Shown: positions 45,054-54,200 of the stretch, piece after piece | How positions within the stretch are numbered: the stretch's first letter is position 1 | Layout: each line of letters opens with the position of its first letter | IMG/VR virus record: IMGVR_UViG_3300020034_000012 | Location: 1,962 to 65,961 of that record | Reading direction: 5' to 3' (one strand) | Length of the DNA stretch: 64,000 nt | Origin: a virus | Taxonomy: Duplodnaviria > Caudoviricetes | Position numbers and translations under genes: made by a program | Notes under the pieces: generated by a model | Database searches by the model: none | What the model was told of the DNA's origin: nothing | Seen by the model: the letters and a program-made list of their open reading frames with translations, nothing else

Positions 45054-45271
45054 ACAGCTACCGCGTAACACTGGCAGTGCAGGGGATCGCTGCCAGCGGA
45101 ACCGCAGCGTACGTGGTCCGTGCGGCGGATGAAGATGAAGCCATCTTGAAAGCACGCAAGGCAGCGCGTAGGGATTTCCTTCACGTCACGCGCGTTGTAG
45201 CGTGCACGTCCCCGGACGTGACCCCGTGGAAGGACCTGGCCAATGCGGATGAGGGAGTGGGCAAAGCGTGA
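45050..45271 (+). CDS. Hypothetical protein
   Basis: YRVTL..VRAADEDEAILKAR. Confidence 0.55.
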   Translation: MNSYRVTLAVQGIAASGTAAYVVRAADEDEAILKARKAARRDFLHVTRVVACTSPDVTPWKDLANADEGVGKA

Positions 45272-45275
45272 ATCA

Positions 45276-45842
45276 ATGTACCTGCCAGACACGACTGCGC
45301 GCACCAGGCGCGCGCGCCGCAACGATGAAGTGATCCGTAACCGGATGCGCAGACAGCTGTGGTTATCCACATCGCAGATGGTGCGACGCTTGGAACGCAT
45401 GGAGCCCTCGCTTGCGAACTTTCCTCTCTACCTCAATCGACAGGGCTTTCCGATCGGTCTGAAGTGGTTCACGCGGTACAAGCAGGATGCGCGCTATCAA
45501 CGCGTGGCGCGGACGCGAATCAACGCAGACCTGATTGTCAGCACCATCTGGGATGGCATGAACGTCAACCCGTTCGGTGCACCGCCACTATTCGAGACTG
45601 CGATCCTGCAAGGTGATGACGTCACCCCGGTGGCTCGATGGATGACAGAGGCTGAAGCGTTCGCAGGTCACGCGTTGGTGGTGAAGCTGGCGAAGGCCGG
45701 GAAGCTGGATGAGATCTATGGACTCGACGATGAACGATGCAGTGATGGCGATGGTGCAGAAGAAGATGCGCGCGCTGAACCGCCACAGGGAACGCTTCAT
45801 GAAGGCGTGGATGCTGAAGACCGGGGTGATGGATCCACGTGA
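45276..45842 (+). CDS. Hypothetical phage protein
   Basis: VSTIWDG..PPLFETAI..RW.TE.EA..GH. Confidence 0.6.
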   Translation: MYLPDTTARTRRARRNDEVIRNRMRRQLWLSTSQMVRRLERMEPSLANFPLYLNRQGFPIGLKWFTRYKQDARYQRVARTRINADLIVSTIWDGMNVNPFGAPPLFETAILQGDDVTPVARWMTEAEAFAGHALVVKLAKAGKLDEIYGLDDERCSDGDGAEEDARAEPPQGTLHEGVDAEDRGDGST

Positions 45843-46089
45843 AGCAGTGATGTGTTCGCAGGACACGGTCAACTACAGCAGCGATCAATCGGTCCGCTTC
45901 GATAACGATGGCGGACCTGCGATCGTTACGCGCATCTGGTTTGAACACAAACCTGAGCTGCGTGCGGAAGTGCAGGCTGTGGTGGACCACATGCGTGCAG
46001 AGATAGCGGGTGGATCGCTCGACGGCGGCTGCTGTCATCCGATGCTTGTGAAGTACGTGGCCAAGCTAGAGGCTGCGCTCAAGCCATGA
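45730..46089 (+). CDS. Hypothetical protein
   Basis: ATGA-coupled to next gene. Confidence 0.5.
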   Translation: MNDAVMAMVQKKMRALNRHRERFMKAWMLKTGVMDPREAVMCSQDTVNYSSDQSVRFDNDGGPAIVTRIWFEHKPELRAEVQAVVDHMRAEIAGGSLDGGCCHPMLVKYVAKLEAALKP

Positions 46090-46328
46090 CCATCCCCACG
46101 CATAACTTCGTTATCACGCGAGCCGTGATGCAGTACGCGACAGATGCTGCAGAGCACGCGCTCAAGAAAGCGCGCGCAGCTGGTGTACAAACGCCCAGCT
46201 TGCTGGTGGTGGCAGCGATCTTGGTGGGCACCTACGCGCGTGCGAAGAAGGTTCCCACCGCTGCAGCACTCGAGTCCGTGGGTGAAGTCCTCAAGTACGT
46301 GGAAGAGCTTGCAGTGAAAAGCCAGTGA
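46086..46328 (+). CDS. Hypothetical protein, last of the rightward arm
   Basis: Stop abuts the endolysin stop. Confidence 0.55.
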   Translation: MTIPTHNFVITRAVMQYATDAAEHALKKARAAGVQTPSLLVVAAILVGTYARAKKVPTAAALESVGEVLKYVEELAVKSQ

Positions 46329-46910
46329 CTAAGGCTTGACCAGCTCCCAGTGCATCGCATCCGGGTTACCGAAGTCACCACCCCACGCCCAGCCCAGTTC
46401 ATTCGCGATCGGCACAAGCAGCACTAGCGAACCCGGTGCGCCTTGCACTGCGGGTCTCTGACCTAGCCGGTTCCACTGCGCGTTGATATCGAACGCAGTT
46501 CCCCACGAATGGTTGCTTAGGTCCATCGGACCGCCACCCGCTTTGCCCCGCTTGTAGCGGCTGACGTGGCTGCCGTTCCACGTGCGGATGAGAAGGGTCA
46601 ACCGTGCGGTGCGCCAAGCATCGAACAGCTGCAGCAGCTTCGGAGCTACCAGCTTGTGCACGCGCGCCTTCACTGGCGTCCCCCCGTTGACGTGGCTCAA
46701 ATGCGGCAGGGGGACCACTACGATATTGGCCGCAAGCCAAGACGTGTTGATCTCGACCTTCTCTGGCGCGGTATCGGTGGGCGTAGCTCTGTAAGCGAAC
46801 GTCCCGAAGATGGCGCAGCGCTGAGAGTGGCTGAGCGGACGCAGCGCTATGCGCACGGGTGTAGCGGCGGATGGCAGCGGCGGTGGCTTCGGCTTGTCTT
46901 CAGTTGTCAT
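46329..46910 (-). CDS. Endolysin, peptidase M15 family
   Basis: SNHSWGTAFDIN, WGGDF, DAMHWE. Confidence 0.9.
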   Translation of the reverse strand: MTTEDKPKPPPLPSAATPVRIALRPLSHSQRCAIFGTFAYRATPTDTAPEKVEINTSWLAANIVVVPLPHLSHVNGGTPVKARVHKLVAPKLLQLFDAWRTARLTLLIRTWNGSHVSRYKRGKAGGGPMDLSNHSWGTAFDINAQWNRLGQRPAVQGAPGSLVLLVPIANELGWAWGGDFGNPDAMHWELVKP

Positions 46911-47226
46911 CGGGCAGCTTCCCGTCAATGCGGCCACACATCCCGCACGCTTCACCAAGCTTGAGCGGATACGCGTTCGGACACTCCCCGCACAGCCGCT
47001 CATCGGCCAGCAGCACAGTGCGCCTGGCTTGCAACTCCAGCAGCGTGCGCCTGGCTTGCAGCTCTGCACGCCTCTGCTCTTCCAACCTGAGAGCGCGCGC
47101 CGCTTCACTCTCACCCAGCGGCGGGTCAAGGGTCCGCTTGCCACTCGACGCAGCGCCACGCACCGCATCGATGATGCGCGGGACTGCGGTCAGCGCTGCA
47201 ACAAACAAGCGACCCACCACGCTCAT
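46900..47226 (-). CDS. Lysis-module hypothetical protein
   Basis: Amphipathic N-terminus, coiled coil, CGEC..CGMC. Confidence 0.55.
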   Translation of the reverse strand: MSVVGRLFVAALTAVPRIIDAVRGAASSGKRTLDPPLGESEAARALRLEEQRRAELQARRTLLELQARRTVLLADERLCGECPNAYPLKLGEACGMCGRIDGKLPDDN

Positions 47227-47729
47227 GATGCCCCCACTGCTACTGCGGACAGAGTTGTCGCTTTGACCTTGCGCACGCACGTAGCCCCGGGCTTGCTCAG
47301 CGCGATCAAACTGATCTCGATGATGTTCAGCGCCTGCGTCAGCTGCGGTGGCGCGTTCGCTTCGTGTCCCCGCAGTAGCGCTCTGATCAGTTGCAGGTCC
47401 TGAACCACGCACGGGACTATCTCTGTGAACATGTGGCCACCATCCGCTTGCGCGTCCCATGTTTGTACCGCCAAGTTCAGCAGCTGCGTTGCACGCCTCG
47501 CTTCTTCAATCGCTTCATTGACCACCACGAACGCAGCCATGTGCTGCTTGTAGCCTTCATCGTCCATGCCGCGCGCCTTCGCAATCTCGTCTTGCACAAG
47601 CGGCGCCCAGACGTCATCCACTGCAGTCAGCACGGACTGCGCTGTGTTGGTGGCGAGCGTTGCGTTATCACGCAGCGAACCCGCGCACGCTGCGGCCATT
47701 ACGGTTAGTGCGATCACTAGCAGCCTCAT
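47223..47729 (-). CDS. Lipoprotein (spanin-like by position)
   Basis: MRLLVIALTVMAAA-C lipobox, helical. Confidence 0.65.
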   Translation of the reverse strand: MRLLVIALTVMAAACAGSLRDNATLATNTAQSVLTAVDDVWAPLVQDEIAKARGMDDEGYKQHMAAFVVVNEAIEEARRATQLLNLAVQTWDAQADGGHMFTEIVPCVVQDLQLIRALLRGHEANAPPQLTQALNIIEISLIALSKPGATCVRKVKATTLSAVAVGAS

Positions 47730-48022
47730 GATTGACCACCCGCTGCCGGGGGCTGCATGCTGTCAACCTTTGCCACTGCTTCACGCATCTTCGCTGCATC
47801 ATCTTTGCTGGGCGCGTGCACACTCACCAGTCCCTTGGCTTTACGCACCGCCTTCAGCGGCGTATTGAAGCTGACGCCACCGTAGCCCGCACCTGCCATG
47901 CCGCTTACGATCGCAAGGATCGCAGGTTGGTTTGGTAGCAGTAGCGCGCAGGCGATGATCAGACCGGCTGTGACCACGAAGCCCAGATACTTCACGAGTG
48001 CGTCTTGCGTTTCAGCTGTCAT
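47726..48022 (-). CDS. Holin-like two-TM protein
   Basis: Two TM helices, charged tail, in the lysis module. Confidence 0.6.
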   Translation of the reverse strand: MTAETQDALVKYLGFVVTAGLIIACALLLPNQPAILAIVSGMAGAGYGGVSFNTPLKAVRKAKGLVSVHAPSKDDAAKMREAVAKVDSMQPPAAGGQS

Positions 48023-48363
48023 GCGGGATTGCTCTTTCTGCGGCGGGAACCGGGGGACGTGTCTTCCTTCTCAGTCTCATCAAACGGTCCACGGTTGTAG
48101 TCACCGTCTCCCGTGAATCCGTAGGTGCCTGTGCTGGCTTCACGCGCGATGGTGTCTGCTGCACTCAGGCGGCAGCACGCCAGGCCAAACGCTTCAATCA
48201 CTTCACGCTCATCTGCGGGGAATGAGCGTGGCGTCATCCCGTCGCCACGTAGGTAAGCCAGCTTTTGAATGAGTGACGTCAGCTCTAGTTCAATCAGTTC
48301 CCTGTGTCTGGCTGCGCGTCTGGGCACTGAGCATGCTCCTAAGTTCAACGGTCTGGGCGCCAC
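48019..48363 (-). CDS. Hypothetical protein
   Basis: Tiles the operon. Confidence 0.5.
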   Translation of the reverse strand: MAPRPLNLGACSVPRRAARHRELIELELTSLIQKLAYLRGDGMTPRSFPADEREVIEAFGLACCRLSAADTIAREASTGTYGFTGDGDYNRGPFDETEKEDTSPGSRRRKSNPA

Positions 48364-48821
48364 GTTTCTAGCAGCGCCAAACGCGCAGCTTCAGCGGGAT
48401 CGTTCGCATGCGTCTTGAGCTGCGCTTCAAACTGCAGCTCATAAAAACCCTGCGCTTGCTCGATGTACTTGGAACGCGTTGGCGCATCCTGCCGTCCGTA
48501 CTCTCGCAACACTCTAAGCTCAGCACGCATCGCTACGATGTGCCACCACATGGAATGCAGTTCAGTGGTGTGGCCATCCGCAATGCTGGCTGCGTGGTGC
48601 GCGTCAGTCTGTGCAGCCTTCGCATCAATCGACACCACCGCTACCGCAGTGCCCACGTCATCAATCGATGCGCGCGAGCCAAACCACCGATACGTGAAGA
48701 GCACCGCGGCTAGAACCGCTCCACTCGATGGCGCGAGCCACGCCGCCATGCGCCAGATCCTCTGAATGGTGGACGCTGGTACATGCAAGCTTTGCATGGT
48801 GGCTGCGGCTGCGTACATCAC
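48345..48821 (-). CDS. Single-TM protein in lysis module
   Basis: TM helix then helical domain. Confidence 0.6.
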   Translation of the reverse strand: MMYAAAATMQSLHVPASTIQRIWRMAAWLAPSSGAVLAAVLFTYRWFGSRASIDDVGTAVAVVSIDAKAAQTDAHHAASIADGHTTELHSMWWHIVAMRAELRVLREYGRQDAPTRSKYIEQAQGFYELQFEAQLKTHANDPAEAARLALLETWRPDR

Positions 48822-49321
48822 AGGCTTGCTTCAATCTCACCTTCAACGATGAAGCTTGGTAGGACGTACCCTGTATCAAGTGTGGCCGTGAACTGCGCTG
48901 AAAACAAGCAAGCCGTGGCCATCTGCCCAGCACTCGGCCGATAGGCGAGCACGCCATCCACCACGGTCTGGCATGGCTGCGCGTCTATAAGAGTTGTGTC
49001 ATTGGCCACGTTGACCAACGTGAACCTTGCATAGGCGATGTCCGTGCGTGGCGTCCCGTCTTGGTGGCGCACGGTAATGCTAAACGGTGTGGCCGTTTCG
49101 CCTGTGTGCCATGGCTTGGTGAAGGCTTTACGTAGAGCCACAGGGCTACCGTCCTCTCTGGTTACGAACGTGACCGGTGCAGTGACCACTACGCGCGTGA
49201 TGACTTCCCCGTCTGCATCTTCCACAAATAGTGGGTCATCGACGTGGGTTAGCTCGGATCCCTCAAACATCAGGAAGGACCCGAGCCACGTACGCACTGC
49301 TGAAGGCGTGATGAAGTTCAT
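48818..49321 (-). CDS. Virion accessory protein, BppU N-terminal-like Ig fold
   Basis: GET..FSITV..DGTP, DGVLAY, AQFTAT. Confidence 0.5.
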   Translation of the reverse strand: MNFITPSAVRTWLGSFLMFEGSELTHVDDPLFVEDADGEVITRVVVTAPVTFVTREDGSPVALRKAFTKPWHTGETATPFSITVRHQDGTPRTDIAYARFTLVNVANDTTLIDAQPCQTVVDGVLAYRPSAGQMATACLFSAQFTATLDTGYVLPSFIVEGEIEASL

Positions 49322-49322
49322 C

Positions 49323-51299
49323 CTAGAAGTTCCACACGTCCCGATCGACTTCAAGCAGCGCTGCTCTGAGCGCTGCGCTTGGCACCGTGGTGCAGACGCG
49401 TACTCGCGCAACTGCAAGGTTCGAGAACCACGAAGCAGTAACGTAGGCGCCAATCATGATGCGCTCCACGATGACAGCTGTGGTGTTGCCACCCAGTCCA
49501 TCGCCAACATCGACGCCATCGATCGCGTAGTAACGTTTCCCCGTGCCGTCGAGAAAGATCTCAAATAGGTGTTGCGCGGTGTCAGGGGTTGAACCGCCTG
49601 AGTGCGCAAACCCTCCAAGCTGATACGAGTTCCAGACTGACGTATCGGTTCTGCTGAACTGCATTCCGATCGTGGTGTTCGCATTGTCGAGCATGTTGAC
49701 GTAGCCCTGGTGGGTGCCTGTCGTGGTCCCACTGGTCTGACGCGCAACGAAGCTGATGTAGTAAGCGCCCACCCCCGCAGAGAAGATCGTGGCGCCGCTG
49801 GCGCCCGTGTCCATGGACTGACTCGACGCGGCCACGAACTTCCAGACGTTGCGGCCACCGAACTTGCCAGCGTCTACGCCGAACGTTGGCGAGCCTGTGC
49901 CTGTGAGCACGCGCCCCGTGACACTGTCAGTCCAGATGTTTGAGCCAACACCGATGCGCGCATCCCACTCAGCCAGCAGCGTTGCGCCCAGAAGGTCGGC
50001 GGGGTTTGGCTCGCGATATGAGCGCCACTTCGTACCGGTGTAATACTGCGGGACCTTCGCAACGTTGTTATAGACGTGGTCGTTTTCAACAACGTTCGAA
50101 AGTGCTGCGCGCTGTGCAGGGGTGAAGCTTGCAAGCTGGATCGGTAGACCGAAGTTTGCAGACTTGTGCGTGATGTCCGGGTGCGTGGGGGCTGCGGTCC
50201 CGACCGAAAGGTTGCCCGGGTTGAAGAAGACCGTGCGCGTCTGCGTGTCCGCATCGAGATCGAACATCGCAGGATCGGGCGTTAGATTGATTCCGATCAG
50301 GCTTGCATCGATCGCCTTCAGCACGGGGATAGTAACGGCGCCGCCGATGTCTTCAAGGTGGACGTCATAACTGTCCACGTCCATAAACATGTGAGTGCCA
50401 TTGTTCGTGCAGTCACACACCTTGATGAAACCACCGAAGCCAAAGCCAGTCGTGGCGGCGTACGCCTTGAACGTGTTCGCAGGACCGGTCACTTCGCAAT
50501 ATAGACCGTACGCACGGAAGTTGACTGAGCTCACAGCAGTAGGACGAAACTCAAAGACGGCGCCGCCACCCTGAAGCAGGCCACCGAACCACGCGAGCGT
50601 TCCGCCACGGAAGATACCGTTGATTAGATTCTGGTTCAGCTTCAGCTCATACGCAGACATAGCCTGCACAGCGTCCACGTCCAGACCCACGTCAAGGCCC
50701 TGGATCATCACGTTGTTTAGAACGACGTGCTGTGCTGTGACACCACCATTATCAATGAGTATGCCCGTCCCGCCCGATGAGCCGTAACCGAATATGGCCA
50801 CATCATTGAAGCGCGTCATGTAGCCATCGGTCACGTGAAACACGGGGCCCGTCGCACTCGGACTCATGCACTTGACTAGCAGCCGTTCGGCACCACCGCC
50901 TGCGTAGTAATCGCCGCTCGTGAACCAGCGCACTAGATAGTCAGCGTCATCCAGTGGATCCCAGATGATGATGCTTTCGTTTTGCCCCGCACCCACGAGC
51001 ATCACCGAGTGCAAGCCAGCGACGTGCGTGCTTGTACTAAAGACCTTGCCCTGTCTGATGCGCACGGGTTTGTTCTCAGGGAACACAACGCGCGCGCATC
51101 CGCCCGCCGTGACCGCTGCCGCACACGCAGCGAGGTACGCAGCAGTGTCGTCGGTAGTGCCATCGGCAACTGCGCCGTAGTTCATGACGTGGAACTGATT
51201 GTTCGTGTTGGCGTAGCGAAGTTGCAACGCTGCAGCCACGTCCATCTTGTGGTTCGCCAACTCGAGCGATGGTCCGAGAATCTCAGCTAGTTCAGTCAT
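49323..51299 (-). CDS. Tail spike/fibre: pectate-lyase-like beta-helix plus LamG/ConA-like domain
   Basis: VMNYGAVADGTTDDTAA; beta-helix-like repeats; C-terminal WDA..WTD beta-sandwich. Confidence 0.8.
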   Translation of the reverse strand: MTELAEILGPSLELANHKMDVAAALQLRYANTNNQFHVMNYGAVADGTTDDTAAYLAACAAAVTAGGCARVVFPENKPVRIRQGKVFSTSTHVAGLHSVMLVGAGQNESIIIWDPLDDADYLVRWFTSGDYYAGGGAERLLVKCMSPSATGPVFHVTDGYMTRFNDVAIFGYGSSGGTGILIDNGGVTAQHVVLNNVMIQGLDVGLDVDAVQAMSAYELKLNQNLINGIFRGGTLAWFGGLLQGGGAVFEFRPTAVSSVNFRAYGLYCEVTGPANTFKAYAATTGFGFGGFIKVCDCTNNGTHMFMDVDSYDVHLEDIGGAVTIPVLKAIDASLIGINLTPDPAMFDLDADTQTRTVFFNPGNLSVGTAAPTHPDITHKSANFGLPIQLASFTPAQRAALSNVVENDHVYNNVAKVPQYYTGTKWRSYREPNPADLLGATLLAEWDARIGVGSNIWTDSVTGRVLTGTGSPTFGVDAGKFGGRNVWKFVAASSQSMDTGASGATIFSAGVGAYYISFVARQTSGTTTGTHQGYVNMLDNANTTIGMQFSRTDTSVWNSYQLGGFAHSGGSTPDTAQHLFEIFLDGTGKRYYAIDGVDVGDGLGGNTTAVIVERIMIGAYVTASWFSNLAVARVRVCTTVPSAALRAALLEVDRDVWNF

Positions 51300-52060
51300 A
51301 GCGTTCCCCAGATGGATGAATCATAAGCGCGCAGCTGCGCGCGTTGAAGTCCGGTAGGTGCAGGCGTGATGATGCGAAGGCTCGCAACGTTGATGCCTGC
51401 CGATCCAGAGGCTGCGTTGCGCGGTAGCTGCACGCGAGTAAGGTCACGCGCAAGGCTTGTACCGAACGTTGCGCCACTGGCGCGCAACGATCCATCGATG
51501 AACATCATGGAACGGCCGCCTATAATCCCGTATTCGTAACGGTGGACGTTTGTGTCTGGCACAAACGGTGCCGTGATTGTGGATGCTGTAACGTTGCCAC
51601 TGCCTGATGCAGTTTGAAGCAAGTTTATGGTTGGGTTATTGCCGTTGTCAGTGAGGTACACGAGTGGTTGTGACAACTGCGGGGCTAACAGCCTGCAGAT
51701 GAACGTGACCCAGATATCATTGTTTCCTGTGGTAGCGATCGCCGTGAACATAGGGGAACCCATGCCTGCGCCTGCGCCCATCAACCAAACAGACTGGCCG
51801 TTGAAAAACGACCCGTCCGCGCCAAACGTGGTGGTGCCTGAGAAGTTAGTCAGCACACGTGAACCGATCTGATCAGTCCACGTGGCCGCAACTCCAGCGC
51901 GCGAATCCCAGTCCGCCTTGAGCGTTGCACCAAGCAGCGTTCCCGGGTCAACGATGTCTAGCTGCGTGCCATCGACGAGGGTTGCGTCCGCTCCGATCGA
52001 TGGTGAGATCGATGGTGCAACGCTTTGGTCCCCGATGTTTGGGACTGAGAAGGTGGCCAT
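51296..52060 (-). CDS. LamG/ConA-like tail protein
   Basis: Paralogous to tail spike C-terminus (LLGATL.A.WD.R.GV..WTD). Confidence 0.7.
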   Translation of the reverse strand: MATFSVPNIGDQSVAPSISPSIGADATLVDGTQLDIVDPGTLLGATLKADWDSRAGVAATWTDQIGSRVLTNFSGTTTFGADGSFFNGQSVWLMGAGAGMGSPMFTAIATTGNNDIWVTFICRLLAPQLSQPLVYLTDNGNNPTINLLQTASGSGNVTASTITAPFVPDTNVHRYEYGIIGGRSMMFIDGSLRASGATFGTSLARDLTRVQLPRNAASGSAGINVASLRIITPAPTGLQRAQLRAYDSSIWGTL

Positions 52061-52063
52061 GGC

Positions 52064-52537
52064 TTAGCGCCTACTCGTGGACGTCTGGTAACACGTGGCA
52101 GTGTTGGGTGATGCGCCTGACCCGCTAGCGAAGACGTAGTTGCAGCGGATGACGCCCGCGGGAATACGGCCTAGGTTGATTTCCAACCGACCGGTCACCA
52201 CAGCGGTCAGCGTTACCTCTGGAGATGGGCTAGGCGCTGCAGCAAGTGTTACTTGCGTCATCGACGTGTGCAGACTGCCAAGCGGCAGCATGATACGTGA
52301 CCCGTTCGTGGGTGGCGTTCCCGTTAGCTGCGCGGTGTGCTCCACCACAATCGTTCCAGTTACGTTGCCTGCGCCCAACGCGAAGACCCACTCAAAGCAG
52401 ATGCCATCAAGGCCATCGCTTGCATAGATCCAATCACCCGTCTTCGATGCGAGCGCGCTAACTGCGTTGATGTACGGTTGACCTTGCGGAGATATAGACA
52501 CGGGGCCTTTCAGTTTCAGCCGCCACCGGAATCCCAC
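52064..52537 (-). CDS. Virion structural protein
   Basis: Beta-rich, in tail module. Confidence 0.55.
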   Translation of the reverse strand: MGFRWRLKLKGPVSISPQGQPYINAVSALASKTGDWIYASDGLDGICFEWVFALGAGNVTGTIVVEHTAQLTGTPPTNGSRIMLPLGSLHTSMTQVTLAAAPSPSPEVTLTAVVTGRLEINLGRIPAGVIRCNYVFASGSGASPNTATCYQTSTSRR

Positions 52538-53538
52538 ATCGATATGCCAAGCAGGTAGAGAGTCTGACCACCGCTTGCAACCTTCACTTCCACCTTCAAC
52601 TCATCACGCGTTCCACCGCGAATGCCGCCGTCAGTTTCCCAACGTGTTGGGTCATCCACTTCCACGGTCAGCGTCTGCGTGGTGTGCCACGTAGCGGACG
52701 TGCTGGTCACGGTGAACGTGCACGTAGCACCGTTGGTCATGGTCATCAGGATGGTCCCTGTCGCACCGCTACTGACCTTTGCGTAGACGTTGACCTTGAC
52801 GTCCCGCGTAGTCTCACCGTTGTACATCAAACGGTTTTGAATCGCAGGATTGATCGGATAGTTCTGAAAGAGCAGCTGGTAAACGAAGTGCAAGACGGTG
52901 GTGAAGCCATCGCCGCCATGCGCCCAGTTGAAAACTGTCCCGCGCCTGAAGTATGTGGAACGTAGATCATCGACTGCACGCGCCAGTCCAGCGATGGACT
53001 GGCGTGCGTCGTGGCCATCGAATACTTGCGAGCGCGCTTTGATTGGGTCCACGCCCACGTCAGCAGTCAGCTGCGCCATCGGGCAGTGATAGACGTTCAG
53101 CTGGTGCAGCTGTACCCAGTCAGTCTGCTCAGCAAACCAACTGAACGTAGGTGAATACGCAACCTCTGCGTTACCATCATCATTGCGAACCGCAGTGTGG
53201 ATGACCGTGGGTAGACTGTTCCCCACTTGATAGGTCTCACCGTCAATGGTTACGCCAGCTGTGCGCTCTGAGCTGATGACAAACGTTCTACCCACCATCG
53301 GATGCGCGTCATCCACTTCATACCGATAGTGAAGAGTCTTACTCACTGGTCCTGATGGACCCCCACCCCACATATGACCGCCGTCAATGACTAGGGGGAT
53401 TGCTCTACCCAGTAGCCAGTTCACCGTTTTGCTAGTGGCTGTGATGACGTCCGCAGCCACAGGCCATGCGGCGCGGATGCTTCCTTTCGTCATGCCTTCC
53501 ACGTCCGGGTGAAGGCCTACTGTTCGGCTGACACTCAT
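52516..53538 (-). CDS. Tail protein
   Basis: Beta-rich, coupled, in tail module. Confidence 0.6.
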   Translation of the reverse strand: MSVSRTVGLHPDVEGMTKGSIRAAWPVAADVITATSKTVNWLLGRAIPLVIDGGHMWGGGPSGPVSKTLHYRYEVDDAHPMVGRTFVISSERTAGVTIDGETYQVGNSLPTVIHTAVRNDDGNAEVAYSPTFSWFAEQTDWVQLHQLNVYHCPMAQLTADVGVDPIKARSQVFDGHDARQSIAGLARAVDDLRSTYFRRGTVFNWAHGGDGFTTVLHFVYQLLFQNYPINPAIQNRLMYNGETTRDVKVNVYAKVSSGATGTILMTMTNGATCTFTVTSTSATWHTTQTLTVEVDDPTRWETDGGIRGGTRDELKVEVKVASGGQTLYLLGISMWDSGGG

Positions 53539-54200
53539 CGCAGGTATTCCCTGACCTGAAGCGAAACGATGTGAACAGCTGGATCTTCTTCAAGGTTGAA
53601 TGGCTCGGACTCCACCATCAACTTGAGCCAAGCCATGTCACCCACGGCAACCGGATCCGTTTCCGTAGTGGGCGCGTGAATCAGATGCAGCGGCGCATCC
53701 ACGATCTTGCGTGATGGGATGGTGGCTTGCGCGTACGCAAACGTATTGAAGTTGGTAACCCCTGAAAACGTACCAAGCACACCACGCGCAAGGCCTCGCA
53801 CCGGTGGTTGCACGTCCGGTGTGCACAGAGTCACTTGGAAGGTGTGACTGGGAAACTTATTCCAGCTCACGCAGATGCGAATATCAAAGCGCGGATACTG
53901 CGAATCCAAGACCAGCTGCGTTGGAAACCACGTCCACCAAAGTATCGGACCCGTGTCCCCGTCTGAGTCTGCGTCGTTCGCGATCATGAACGCGCCGTCT
54001 GCATCCGATCCCTGGTTGCACCAGTTGATGCGGTAGAAGCCAGACTCATCCACCATGTGCTGAACGTTATCCACCAGCTTCCACACGAAGCCCGCATCCA
54101 TCGGCCGACCTTCACGCAAGACGTCATTGGCTACGCGTTCGTAATAGCCCTTTACACTAAGCCGTGTAGTGGGATGCAGCGGGGTGATTGGGATGGGCAT
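53535..54200 (-). CDS. Tail protein
   Basis: Coupled, in tail module. Confidence 0.6.
   Translation of the reverse strand: MPIPITPLHPTTRLSVKGYYERVANDVLREGRPMDAGFVWKLVDNVQHMVDESGFYRINWCNQGSDADGAFMIANDADSDGDTGPILWWTWFPTQLVLDSQYPRFDIRICVSWNKFPSHTFQVTLCTPDVQPPVRGLARGVLGTFSGVTNFNTFAYAQATIPSRKIVDAPLHLIHAPTTETDPVAVGDMAWLKLMVESEPFNLEEDPAVHIVSLQVREYLR

Noticed and set aside
49323-52060. Diversity-generating retroelement acting on tail genes
   Set aside because: No reverse transcriptase and no near-identical nucleotide repeat seen; similarity is at protein level
52516-52530. Tail protein ending in GGG as a ubiquitin-like signal
   Set aside because: 340-aa structural protein whose end is constrained by overlap with the next gene
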